Shown here: positions 1 to 7,510 of the stretch, piece by piece | Numbering within the stretch: the first letter of the stretch is position 1 | How the letters are laid out: each line of letters starts with the position of its first letter | Assembly (NCBI GenBank): GCA_050293845.1 | Contig: JBNKNM010000160.1 | Coordinates: forward strand, 1-13,044 | Source: Pseudobacteriovorax sp. | Lineage (GTDB): Bacteria > Bdellovibrionota_B > Oligoflexia > Oligoflexales > Oligoflexaceae | DNA length: 13,044 nt | Direction of reading: 5' to 3' | The notes under the pieces: generated by a model | What the model was told of the DNA's origin: nothing | The model's database searches: none | Seen by the model: the letters and a program-made list of their open reading frames with translations, nothing else | Program-made: the position numbers and the translations under genes

Positions 1-2
1 TA

Positions 3-848
3 TTGGAAGCGGAGCTATTTGGCTATGAGCAGGGGGCATTTACCGGCGCGCACCGCTCTAAGGAGGGGAAGTTTTCTCGGGCCCATGGAGGCACCATTTT
101 CCTAGATGAAATTGCCAATGCTAGTTTGTTACTTCAAGAAAAACTGCTACGGATTATTGAATATGGAGAATTCGAGAAGGTTGGTGGCAATAAAACCCTT
201 GAAGTTGATGTAAGAATTGTAGCGGCCACTAACGAGGACCTTAGGGAAAAGGTAAAGCAAGGACAGTTTCGTGCAGATTTGCTGGATAGACTTTGTTTTG
301 ATGTTTTGCTAACCCCAGCACTTCGCCAACGTAAAGAAGATATCCTGCTTCTTGCTGAGTTTTTTGCTAATAGATTCATCCATCTACTGGATGAAAAAGA
401 TGCTGTTACCTTTTCTTCATCTTTTGTGGAACAGCTTTACCATTACTCGTGGCCAGGAAATGTAAGAGAACTGCGTAACGTCGTTGAGCGGTCCATTTTT
501 CATCATAATGGTCCTCTTCCCGTAGAACGTTTGATCGTTGATCCCTTTCAGGCATGCAGCCACTCAAAACCTCTAACGACAGCTACTGAGAATCAAGATT
601 TTAGCTTTACCTATGACGATGAAAAGAGCTTGCCGGAAAATCTCCGGACTATCGAATATACTGTATTGAAAAGGGTTCTGAATGCCTCAAGATTCAATCA
701 GACGGAGACTGCTGAACGCTTGCAGATAACCTATCATCAACTAAGGAATTATCTAAAGAAACATAAGTTAATTAGTAAAAGGCAAGGAGCAAAATTGGGG
801 GAGAAAGATAAAAAAACGGAAGAAACGGCTGTGGTTTCTCCCTATTAG
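3..848 (+). CDS. pspF: Phage shock protein operon sigma54-dependent activator PspF (5'-truncated by window edge)
   Basis: Contains ELFG...GAFTGA loop, Walker [39 protein letters not shown] and a Fis-type HTH FNQ...[12 protein letters not shown]. The IEYGE, DLLDRL.FDV and TYHQ motifs are PspF-typical. The frame is open at the window start. Confidence 0.9.
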   Translation: MEAELFGYEQGAFTGAHRSKEGKFSRAHGGTIFLDEIANASLLLQEKLLRIIEYGEFEKVGGNKTLEVDVRIVAATNEDLREKVKQGQFRADLLDRLCFDVLLTPALRQRKEDILLLAEFFANRFIHLLDEKDAVTFSSSFVEQLYHYSWPGNVRELRNVVERSIFHHNGPLPVERLIVDPFQACSHSKPLTTATENQDFSFTYDDEKSLPENLRTIEYTVLKRVLNASRFNQTETAERLQITYHQLRNYLKKHKLISKRQGAKLGEKDKKTEETAVVSPY

Positions 849-879
849 CCACTCACTATTTGCCATTCTTAATGGAGGC

Positions 880-1545
880 TTATTGCCAAGCTATAGCGTC
901 CTGGACGCGACCGATGGGGGTGGTCGATAATTGAGATATTTGTACATATCCTCGATTGGGAAGATTAGCCCATTCACCCTCAATAGTAGCTAGGCAAGGT
1001 TCGCCTTGGGGTAACGTTTTTATGGTACTACCGTTGGGGCTGTCTTTAAGCTCGGCACCCCCGTTAATAACAAAGTATACTTTAGCATCTCCTGGTGCCG
1101 GAGCTGCCGCAGGTGGTACTTCTCCCATAGCAGTATCGGTAGGAGCGGGTGTCATCATGCTATCGGCCATAGCATTGGCCTCATCACCCCCTTGATTCAT
1201 CAAGGAGTTAAGGTCCTCCATCCCTGCCATATTTCCTTGGGAGGGTATGTTATTGGTATCCTCTTGCATGTTTTCCGGAATACCCATACCTTCCGCCCCA
1301 AGCATGCTGGCATCGTTATTTGCTAGGTTCGCCATGCTATCGCCAATGTTAAAGTTACTGGCATTGTTTTCTTGGTTTGTTTCCTCATCACCTTCTTGCT
1401 CATCTTCCTGGTCTTCATCATCCGTCTCTTCTAAACTATCGATTTCTTCCTGCTGGCTGCCGCCTCCAAATAGAGCGCAGCCTTGGATACTAGCAACGCA
1501 TAAAAAGCACCCTAAGATCCATATTAACGAGTGGCGTAATTTCAT
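880..1545 (-). CDS. Lipoprotein with acidic/Met-Asn-rich disordered region and C-terminal SH3b-like domain
   Basis: Start re-placed at ATG 1545 (AAGGG upstream). Signal peptide MKLRHSLIWILGCFLCVASIQG-C has a lipobox-like Cys, followed by an E/D-rich tract. The C-terminal VYFV...AELKDSPNGSTIKTLPQGE...GEWANL...GYVQISQLS matches the bacterial SH3 pattern. Confidence 0.75.
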   Translation of the reverse strand: MKLRHSLIWILGCFLCVASIQGCALFGGGSQQEEIDSLEETDDEDQEDEQEGDEETNQENNASNFNIGDSMANLANNDASMLGAEGMGIPENMQEDTNNIPSQGNMAGMEDLNSLMNQGGDEANAMADSMMTPAPTDTAMGEVPPAAAPAPGDAKVYFVINGGAELKDSPNGSTIKTLPQGEPCLATIEGEWANLPNRGYVQISQLSTTPIGRVQDAIAWQ

Positions 1546-1787
1546 ATCTCTGATACCCTTTCTAAATCGCAATCCAAATTTTTGCCTAACCCATTCTCGG
1601 AACAAACTGCTACTTTGCTAACTAAATGGAGATAACTATCTATAATCACATATAGTTTATTTTCATCTGCGCAAACAAACCTACCGAGGGAAGGGGAGAT
1701 GAAATTAGTTTCTTTTGCAAAGAAAAAATTGTTAGATTGCTTAGCTGTGGCAAAATTACGATTCAGTACAGGGAGATTGGATATATA

Positions 1788-2819
1788 ATGAAGCAGACGT
1801 CGCCTTGGGGCGATCAGCCAACCCAGTTGTTCTATGGACTCACCCCCGAAAAAATCCTCGATGCTCTTGAATCAGCACTTGAGGTGCGGTGCACAGGGAG
1901 AGCTTTTGCCCATAACAGTATGGAAAACAGAGTTTATGAACTTGAGATTGATGTGGATCCAGAGAAATGCAGCTCGCCTTACGATCAGCAAAAGATCGTT
2001 AAGTTTTATCGTCCCGGACGCTGGAGCGAAGAGCAGATTTTAGAGGAGCATAGTTATCTGCTTGCCCTGGAGGAACATGAAATTCCGGTTGTGGCACCCT
2101 TGCATCTGACGGGGGGTAAAACTTTGTTGGTACACCCTCACCTCAAGCTGTTTTTTGCCGTATTCCCAAAAGTAGGTGGCCGGTCACCTTTTGAACTCGA
2201 TAATGAGCAGATAGATCGTGTGGGACGTCTCCTAGCCAGAATGCACAATGTAGGGGCTACGATGAACTGCCAGAGTCGGGTTAAAATCAGCCCTCAAACT
2301 TATGGACACAATAACTTATCGACTTTATTGCAGGGAGAATATATTCCCTCTGATTTAGTTGAAGATTATCGCCGCTTGGTGGAACAGATCTGTGAGCAGA
2401 TTGATCCTTTATTTAAGTCTGTGGAACAAATCCAAATTCACGGGGACTGCCACCTGGGGAATCTGCTTTGGAATGATCAAGGGCCATTTTGGGTTGATTT
2501 TGACGATTCGGTCCTAGGTCCCCCTATTCAAGATCTATGGTTGATGATTCTAGGGCGCGACGAATTTCATAGGGAGCAGCTTTACCGCTTGATTCGAAGT
2601 TACGAAATGATGCGTGAATTTGACTGGGAGACCTTAAATCTAATTGAACCATTAAGAGCCTTGCGAATGATTCATTTTTCTGGCTGGATTGCTAAGAGGT
2701 CTGAAGACCCTGCCTTTATAAGAGCTTTTCCTGAGTTTGGTAAAAGGCAGTACTGGCAGCAACAGATCCATGACTTAAGGGATCAGAGCGAAGTGATTCG
2801 TACAAACCCCTGGAAATAG
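1788..2819 (+). CDS. srkA: Stress response Ser/Thr kinase SrkA (RdoA/YihE), APH-like kinase family
   Basis: Motifs NSMENRVY, VKFYRPGRWSEEQILEEH, IHGDCHLGNLLW, VDFDD, GPPIQDLW, LIEPLRALRMIH and DPAF..AFP. ATG 1788 with GGAGA upstream is preferred over TTG 1737. Confidence 0.93.
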   Translation: MKQTSPWGDQPTQLFYGLTPEKILDALESALEVRCTGRAFAHNSMENRVYELEIDVDPEKCSSPYDQQKIVKFYRPGRWSEEQILEEHSYLLALEEHEIPVVAPLHLTGGKTLLVHPHLKLFFAVFPKVGGRSPFELDNEQIDRVGRLLARMHNVGATMNCQSRVKISPQTYGHNNLSTLLQGEYIPSDLVEDYRRLVEQICEQIDPLFKSVEQIQIHGDCHLGNLLWNDQGPFWVDFDDSVLGPPIQDLWLMILGRDEFHREQLYRLIRSYEMMREFDWETLNLIEPLRALRMIHFSGWIAKRSEDPAFIRAFPEFGKRQYWQQQIHDLRDQSEVIRTNPWK

Positions 2820-2857
2820 TGCAAGTAATATCTAGTCAAATGGCAACCAATCTAGGG

Positions 2858-3907
2858 TTAGTTGCCTGGGATCGCCATCATCCTATCGATCGAACGTTTG
2901 GCTTTTTCGGCAATGTCTGCTGGGACATTGATTTCATATTTTAACTCCAAAAGCGCTGCTTTGGTTTGTTCTAAGGTAATTTGAGCCATGTGGGGGCAGC
3001 GATGGCTACACAGTCTCAGAACATTTTCTTTATGGGTTTCAGCAATGATATTATCAGCCATGGAGCATTCGGTAAGCAGCAAGTATTTTTCTGCTTTTAC
3101 TTCTTTTACATATTTAATCATCGCTGAAGTACTACCAGAATAGTCTGAAGCTTCAACCACATCAGGCGGGCACTCCGGGTGGGCTAAAACCACAACTTGG
3201 GGAAATTGTTTCCTGACATTAACGATGTCAGAAACGGTGAACTGATCGTGAACTTCGCACTTTCCTGGCCAGCCTATGAAAACTTTCTTCAGGTTTTCAT
3301 GGGGTACCTGGCTCAGTTGTTTAGGGTCGGTTTCAGGTATGATCAGTCTTTTACCTGTTTCCCGGGCAACGTTTCTAGCCAGATATTCATCAGGAATAAA
3401 AATAACAGCTTCGCTATCTAAAGAAGCTACAACACGACTAGCGTTTCCCGACGTGCAACAAATATCCGTTTCGGCTTTAACATCAGCATGGGAGTTGATG
3501 TATGTCACAACGGGTACACCCGGAAATTGTTGTTTCAGATTCCTCACGTCCTCTGCAGTAATTGAAGATGCCAAGGAGCAACCAGCACGATCCGAAGGTA
3601 TTAGTACTTTGCGATCAGGGTTCAATATTTTGGCCGTTTCTGCCATGAACTCGACTCCACAGAAAACAATTATGTCAGCATCAGCCTCTTTGGCTCTATG
3701 GCATAGCTCTAAGGAGTCACCAGTGTAGTCTGCAACCCCGTGATAGACGGCAGGTTCCATATAATTATGACCTAATATCACGGCATTTTTTTCTTTTTTT
3801 AATTGGTTGATTTCATCTACTAGCTCGGCTTTTTGGCGAAGCTCAAAATCTGGAATTAAGTTAGCCATTTTCGACTTTAGCGCCTGGTAAGTACTTTCAA
3901 TGGTCAT
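2858..3907 (-). CDS. nadA: Quinolinate synthase NadA ([4Fe-4S])
   Basis: Motifs ILGHNY, GDSLEL, IVFCGVEFMAETAKILNP, AGCSLA, YINS, DICCTSGNA, CEVH, LAHPEC, GSTS and CPHM. ATG 3907 is preceded by GGAGG. Confidence 0.96.
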   Translation of the reverse strand: MTIESTYQALKSKMANLIPDFELRQKAELVDEINQLKKEKNAVILGHNYMEPAVYHGVADYTGDSLELCHRAKEADADIIVFCGVEFMAETAKILNPDRKVLIPSDRAGCSLASSITAEDVRNLKQQFPGVPVVTYINSHADVKAETDICCTSGNASRVVASLDSEAVIFIPDEYLARNVARETGKRLIIPETDPKQLSQVPHENLKKVFIGWPGKCEVHDQFTVSDIVNVRKQFPQVVVLAHPECPPDVVEASDYSGSTSAMIKYVKEVKAEKYLLLTECSMADNIIAETHKENVLRLCSHRCPHMAQITLEQTKAALLELKYEINVPADIAEKAKRSIDRMMAIPGN

Positions 3908-3952
3908 AATATTTCCTCCGTCAGGACTATCGGGACACAGAGTGTGGACAAT

Positions 3953-3980
3953 ATATCGGAAAAGTTCAACTGAGATTTGA
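3953..3980 (-). promoter_or_regulatory. sigma28(FliA/SigD)-like promoter upstream of nadA
   Basis: Minus strand reads TCAA-N16-TCCGATAT, about 45 nt upstream of the nadA ATG. It resembles TAAA-N15/16-GCCGATAA. Confidence 0.4.
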
Positions 3981-4099
3981 AAAATTTGTTCAGAATAGTT
4001 TTCGGAACTCTTGCTATTCGGGGGGATGTAGCTATTTCCCACCCCCAGAGTATTTTATAAAGTATATATTTTGGATAAGCAGACATTGTTACCAAAGGG

Positions 4100-4123
4100 A
4101 AAAAGCTCGCATGCGCGAGCTTT
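4100..4123 (-). terminator. Rho-independent terminator of the TPR-wHTH / secreted-protein unit
   Basis: Perfect inverted repeat AAAGCTCGC-atgc-GCGAGCTTT (4102-4123). On the minus strand it reads GCTCGC-GCAT-GCGAGC followed by TTTTT. Confidence 0.8.
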
Positions 4124-4156
4124 AAACTGGGCCTACCTCATATGGAATGAAATGAC

Positions 4157-4184
4157 TTCCCGTTTTTAATTTCCCGTTTTTAAT
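4157..4184. repeat. Perfect 14-bp tandem duplication (TTCCCGTTTTTAAT x2) overlapping a stop codon
   Basis: 4157-4170 and 4171-4184 are identical. Confidence 0.95.
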
Positions 4185-4681
4185 ATAAAGGAAAGGCCAG
4201 ATGCATCCGTTTCGATAGTCTCTCTCACTTGTCCTTTAAAGATATCAGCCTGAGAGCTATTAGTCTCCAGGTAACCGTCGAGAATAATGTCTTGTCCTGA
4301 GCTGTTTTTCCCGTAGACTATGCGGAAACGCTTACCTGATTCATCTAGAGCACAGATCTTCATCAATCTATAAGTCCTAACACCGTAGTTAATGGTACCG
4401 GAGCTACTATAAGAATCCATTCCTCTGGAGCAATTGACATTTGCAATAATAGCAAAGTTTTCAGAATGAGAAGAAGTTGCTGTAATTCCATTGACTTTCG
4501 ATATATTCACATCGGTAAATGTGAGGTTTAGGGGTGTCGAGTTATTGTTTGCATCGAATACTGTTCCCTCCATACCAAACGGCAAAGTACCATCGCCAAA
4601 AGGTAAAGTACCATCACCTCCCCATAGTGAGGCGCTCCAAATTAAAATTGCGCTTAAAAAAACTTGCTTGATATATCTCAT
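4166..4681 (-). CDS. Secreted hypothetical protein (171 aa) with N-terminal GDGTLPF tandem repeat
   Basis: ATG 4681 has RBS GGAGGG and lies 25 nt after the upstream gene's stop. Sec-type signal MRYIKQVFLSAILIWSASLWG is followed by GDGTLPF-GDGTLPF and a beta-rich region with two Cys. Confidence 0.8.
   Translation of the reverse strand: MRYIKQVFLSAILIWSASLWGGDGTLPFGDGTLPFGMEGTVFDANNNSTPLNLTFTDVNISKVNGITATSSHSENFAIIANVNCSRGMDSYSSSGTINYGVRTYRLMKICALDESGKRFRIVYGKNSSGQDIILDGYLETNSSQADIFKGQVRETIETDASGLSFILKTGN
4577..4618 (-). repeat. 21-bp coding tandem repeat encoding GDGTLPF twice
   Basis: GGT GAT GGT ACT TTA CCT TTT / GGC GAT GGT ACT TTG CCG TTT: three differences, all synonymous. Confidence 0.95.
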
Positions 4682-4706
4682 CTGACCCTCCGACTTTCTC
4701 AAGCAT

Positions 4707-5813
4707 TTACATATATGCGGCATGCTCTGCTTCAGCATGTACCTGGGACACCGGTTGATTATTTACCACAGAATTGTGATCTTTGGATGCTAATTTGTAA
4801 CCGAACCTTCCTGAGAGGAGACAAATGGGTTGATTTTCGTATGGCTCTATGAGGGTGCGAATACGTCGTGCTAAATCAAATATTCGAGGATCGTGAGTGC
4901 GGGCCTTGTATTTTTGATCAGGCCATAAGTGGCAGGCTATTTCTTGCTTGGAAACGAACCCAGGTTTTCGATGTAAGAATTCCAAAAAATTATAGATGAG
5001 CGGTTTGTCATGTAGGGGGATCCACTTACCAAGGACAGCAATCCTCTTGAATTCATGGTCAAATTGAAGAGGTGAAGAGAGTGAAAAATTGACATCCTTA
5101 AATTGCTCATTGACCAGGTAAGTTAGATATACCGATTCGTTGGTATTTAGGTAACAGTTTAAAAGCTCTAGGGTATTTTCTAGGGATTCCAGCTTTCCAA
5201 TTTCTTGATACATGGAGGACAATCCATAGAGACTTTTAATAATAAAATAGTTCCATTTATGGGAAATGGACTCCTTAATGACGTCATAAAAGATTTTTTT
5301 GGCAGCAGGGATATTGTTATCAAACAAGTAGGCAACATTTGCCCGTATTAGCTGATAGCTTAGGGCTTGGTCGAGAGGAACTAGATCGAGCATCTCTTCC
5401 AACTCATCAAGCAGGCGCTTAATTTCATTCGATTTATGGATGGAATAGTAGGTATTGGCTAAACCTAAAATAGCTTTGAAATAGTCTTTCACTGACTCGC
5501 TTTTGTCCGCCAAAAGTCTAAATAGTCGGATCGACTTTTCCCACTCTTTATCGCTATAATGAAGTTTTGCCATCACATAAAGGTAGAAGTCAGACTGCTT
5601 TTCTTCATGGTCAGTCAGGTTTTTTAATAAATCCTTGGCTTCTTCCACGCGATGCATTTCAAACAAAGCTTGGGATTTGTATAATTGGAGTTTAAAAAAA
5701 CTTTCTGGGGCTGGTGTAAGTTTGAGAGACTCATCAACAGCGTTTACGACTGCGCGGAACTCGCATTGGTAGCATAGGTCTTTAACTTCTTCAATAGTAG
5801 CTGTCCAGTTCAT
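4707..5813 (-). CDS. TPR-repeat protein with C-terminal OmpR/PhoB-type winged helix-turn-helix (putative transcription regulator)
   Basis: The N-terminal ~240 aa has TPR-like helical repeats (YKSQALFEMHRVEEA, VMAKLHYSDKEWEKS, LGLANTYYS, YGLSSMYQEIG). The C-terminus FVSKQEIACHLW...HDPRIFDLARRIRTLIEP...RFGYKL fits the trans_reg_C wHTH pattern. Start is ATG 5813 or 5828. Confidence 0.8.
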   Translation of the reverse strand: MNWTATIEEVKDLCYQCEFRAVVNAVDESLKLTPAPESFFKLQLYKSQALFEMHRVEEAKDLLKNLTDHEEKQSDFYLYVMAKLHYSDKEWEKSIRLFRLLADKSESVKDYFKAILGLANTYYSIHKSNEIKRLLDELEEMLDLVPLDQALSYQLIRANVAYLFDNNIPAAKKIFYDVIKESISHKWNYFIIKSLYGLSSMYQEIGKLESLENTLELLNCYLNTNESVYLTYLVNEQFKDVNFSLSSPLQFDHEFKRIAVLGKWIPLHDKPLIYNFLEFLHRKPGFVSKQEIACHLWPDQKYKARTHDPRIFDLARRIRTLIEPYENQPICLLSGRFGYKLASKDHNSVVNNQPVSQVHAEAEHAAYM

Positions 5814-5856
5814 GCACCAGTTTCCCATTTAGCAATTCATGAATGGATTATGCAAC

Positions 5857-5872
5857 TGCAGTTTTTATGCCG
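5857..5872 (-). promoter_or_regulatory. sigma54 (-24/-12) promoter for the TPR-wHTH unit
   Basis: Minus strand CGGCAT-AAAAA-CTGCA has exact GG-N10-GC spacing, is close to TGGCAC-N5-TTGCW, and lies about 30-45 nt upstream of the start codon. Confidence 0.6.
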
Positions 5873-5922
5873 CTGAAAAACTTCCATTATTGGCGGAGAA
5901 AAAGGCATAAATCGAACCAATT

Positions 5923-5938
5923 TGGCTTGATTTTAGCT
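5923..5938 (+). promoter_or_regulatory. Possible divergent sigma54-like promoter toward the DUF420 gene
   Basis: TGGCTTGATTTTAGCT has GG-N10-GC spacing but a weaker consensus match. Confidence 0.3.
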
Positions 5939-6070
5939 TAGGCGGTATAGAAATGTTACCGGTTTCATAAAAGATGATACTAAACTGCTACCATAATGCC
6001 ATGGAAAAGCCGTTTACTTTCCTCTATTATCGGGAGCTTTTCAAATTTTATTATTCTGCAGGGAGGGTTG

Positions 6071-6538
6071 ATGGAAGGACAGGGATTTTTAGGGACGAGA
6101 GCTCCATTTATTTTAGATATTTTGGCTATTAGCTTAGTGTTTGTTATCTTTTTTCAGATTTTGAGTATTATTCTTGTAAAAGCTAGACATTATGGAGTGC
6201 ATAAGAAGATTCAGTTAGTAACTGGCTGGGGTATAGGTTTTTTAATTATTGGGTTTGAATTGCAGATGAGGATCATAGGTTGGCGGCACCTGGCGGAGGA
6301 CTCCCCTTATTTTGATAGCTTTCTTTACCCGTCTCTATTGCTACATCTAATTTTTGCTATTCCAACGTTTTTACTCTGGGTTTTTACAATTTATGGTGCA
6401 ATTAAAAATTTTGACGTGTCACCAAGGCCGTCTAAATATAGTATCATACATAAGAGGTTTGGAAAGTTATCCTTTGCTTTAACAATAGGAACTTGCTCAA
6501 CAGCTTGGTTATTCTACTGGTTGGCTTTTGTCAGTTGA
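6071..6538 (+). CDS. DUF420 family inner-membrane protein (4 TM)
   Basis: GFLGTRA..LD start, HKKIQ, H..FA and HKRFGK histidine motifs, with four hydrophobic segments. ATG 6071 follows GGAGG. Confidence 0.8.
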   Translation: MEGQGFLGTRAPFILDILAISLVFVIFFQILSIILVKARHYGVHKKIQLVTGWGIGFLIIGFELQMRIIGWRHLAEDSPYFDSFLYPSLLLHLIFAIPTFLLWVFTIYGAIKNFDVSPRPSKYSIIHKRFGKLSFALTIGTCSTAWLFYWLAFVS

Positions 6539-6571
6539 CATGGACTAGCAATACCGGAGGGTCTCTTACTG

Positions 6572-7303
6572 ATGACTCAAGAGGTGTCGATGAAGGAAAA
6601 GCGCGGAGTTTTGGTCTGTATCTCCGGGAAGAGAAAAGATGAAATAGTTAAGTTACGACGTGATAATACAATTTTCGGTCGGGAAAAGGCCGATATCATT
6701 GTTAGTGATACAGAAGTATCGGCAACCCATTGTCAGATTCAAAATATCGACGATCATTACCATATATTTGATATGAATAGCAGCAACGGTACCTACCTGA
6801 ATGGAGAACGGATCGTCAAAGCCAAGCTATCTGAAGGAGATGTGATAGAAATTGGTAAAACAAGTTTCCGTTTTGCCCTTGAGGATGAGAAAAATGTTCG
6901 CCACATTCCCACTCTTTTTACATCAAGTCAGCAGAACCCCAAAGATCGGTCGACAAGTATAGTAGATACTCTTATCGAAGACGAACTTAATGCCACAAAA
7001 GATGTTCAATTAATCATTCATGTAGAATACGGCGACGGTGAGAATGAAGTGATTGAACTCCTGCAAAGAGTTGCTTTTATTGGTCGTGCTTCTAGTTTTG
7101 GACATTTTGATCAGGATACAGAGATTTCGCGTAAGCATTTAATGATAAAGCTGAACGATACTGGAGAAGTTTTTGTTGAAGACCAAGGATCTACCAATGG
7201 TTCATATATCAATGGTGAAAAGATTAGTGGTATGCATCTCGTCAAGCCCACCGATCAAATTAAGGTGGGGCGGTGTCTTTTGTCAATATTGCCAAAATCC
7301 TAA
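6572..7303 (+). CDS. Tandem FHA-domain protein
   Basis: Two FHA signatures: FGR...VSATH...DMNSSNGTYLNG and IGR...ISRKH...DQGSTNGSYING. Alternative start ATG 6590 follows GAGG. Confidence 0.9.
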   Translation: MTQEVSMKEKRGVLVCISGKRKDEIVKLRRDNTIFGREKADIIVSDTEVSATHCQIQNIDDHYHIFDMNSSNGTYLNGERIVKAKLSEGDVIEIGKTSFRFALEDEKNVRHIPTLFTSSQQNPKDRSTSIVDTLIEDELNATKDVQLIIHVEYGDGENEVIELLQRVAFIGRASSFGHFDQDTEISRKHLMIKLNDTGEVFVEDQGSTNGSYINGEKISGMHLVKPTDQIKVGRCLLSILPKS

Positions 7304-7318
7304 TTCCTTGTGAGCATT

Positions 7319-7456
7319 CTAATTGAGACTGTCTACCAGCTTATCACTCGATTCATCGTCGTCATGGTTGCTGATGATGTCAACTAGGAAGAATATTGTG
7401 ACAAGTGACGATAAAGCTGTAAGCACTTCGAACCGATGCAAGGGCAATTCTTCCAT
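7319..7456 (-). CDS. Putative 45-aa single-pass membrane small protein
   Basis: Translated by hand as MEELPLHRFEVLTALSSLVTIFFLVDIISNHDDDESSDKLVDSLN*: a hydrophobic helix plus acidic tail. It fills the gap downstream of the 7511 gene and is below the ORF-track cutoff. Confidence 0.45.
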   Translation of the reverse strand: MEELPLHRFEVLTALSSLVTIFFLVDIISNHDDDESSDKLVDSLN

Positions 7457-7510
7457 CCCTTAAGAGCCTAGTACTTTAATCATCCTTGTTATTTCGTGAG
7501 TTAATTGAGT

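Noticed and set aside
1594..1620. sigma28-like motif (TCCGAGAA box) upstream of the SH3-like lipoprotein
   Set aside because: No acceptable -35 element at the right spacing.
3931..3950. Partial palindrome ACAC-AGA-GTGT upstream of nadA as an NAD-regulator operator
   Set aside because: It has only 4-bp arms and does not match the NadR, NiaR, NrtR or NadQ consensus as I recall them.
3904..4095. 63-aa minus ORF and the 45-aa N-terminal extension of nadA
   Set aside because: They cover the nadA promoter region. The strong RBS at ATG 3907 and the lack of homology argue that the region is non-coding.
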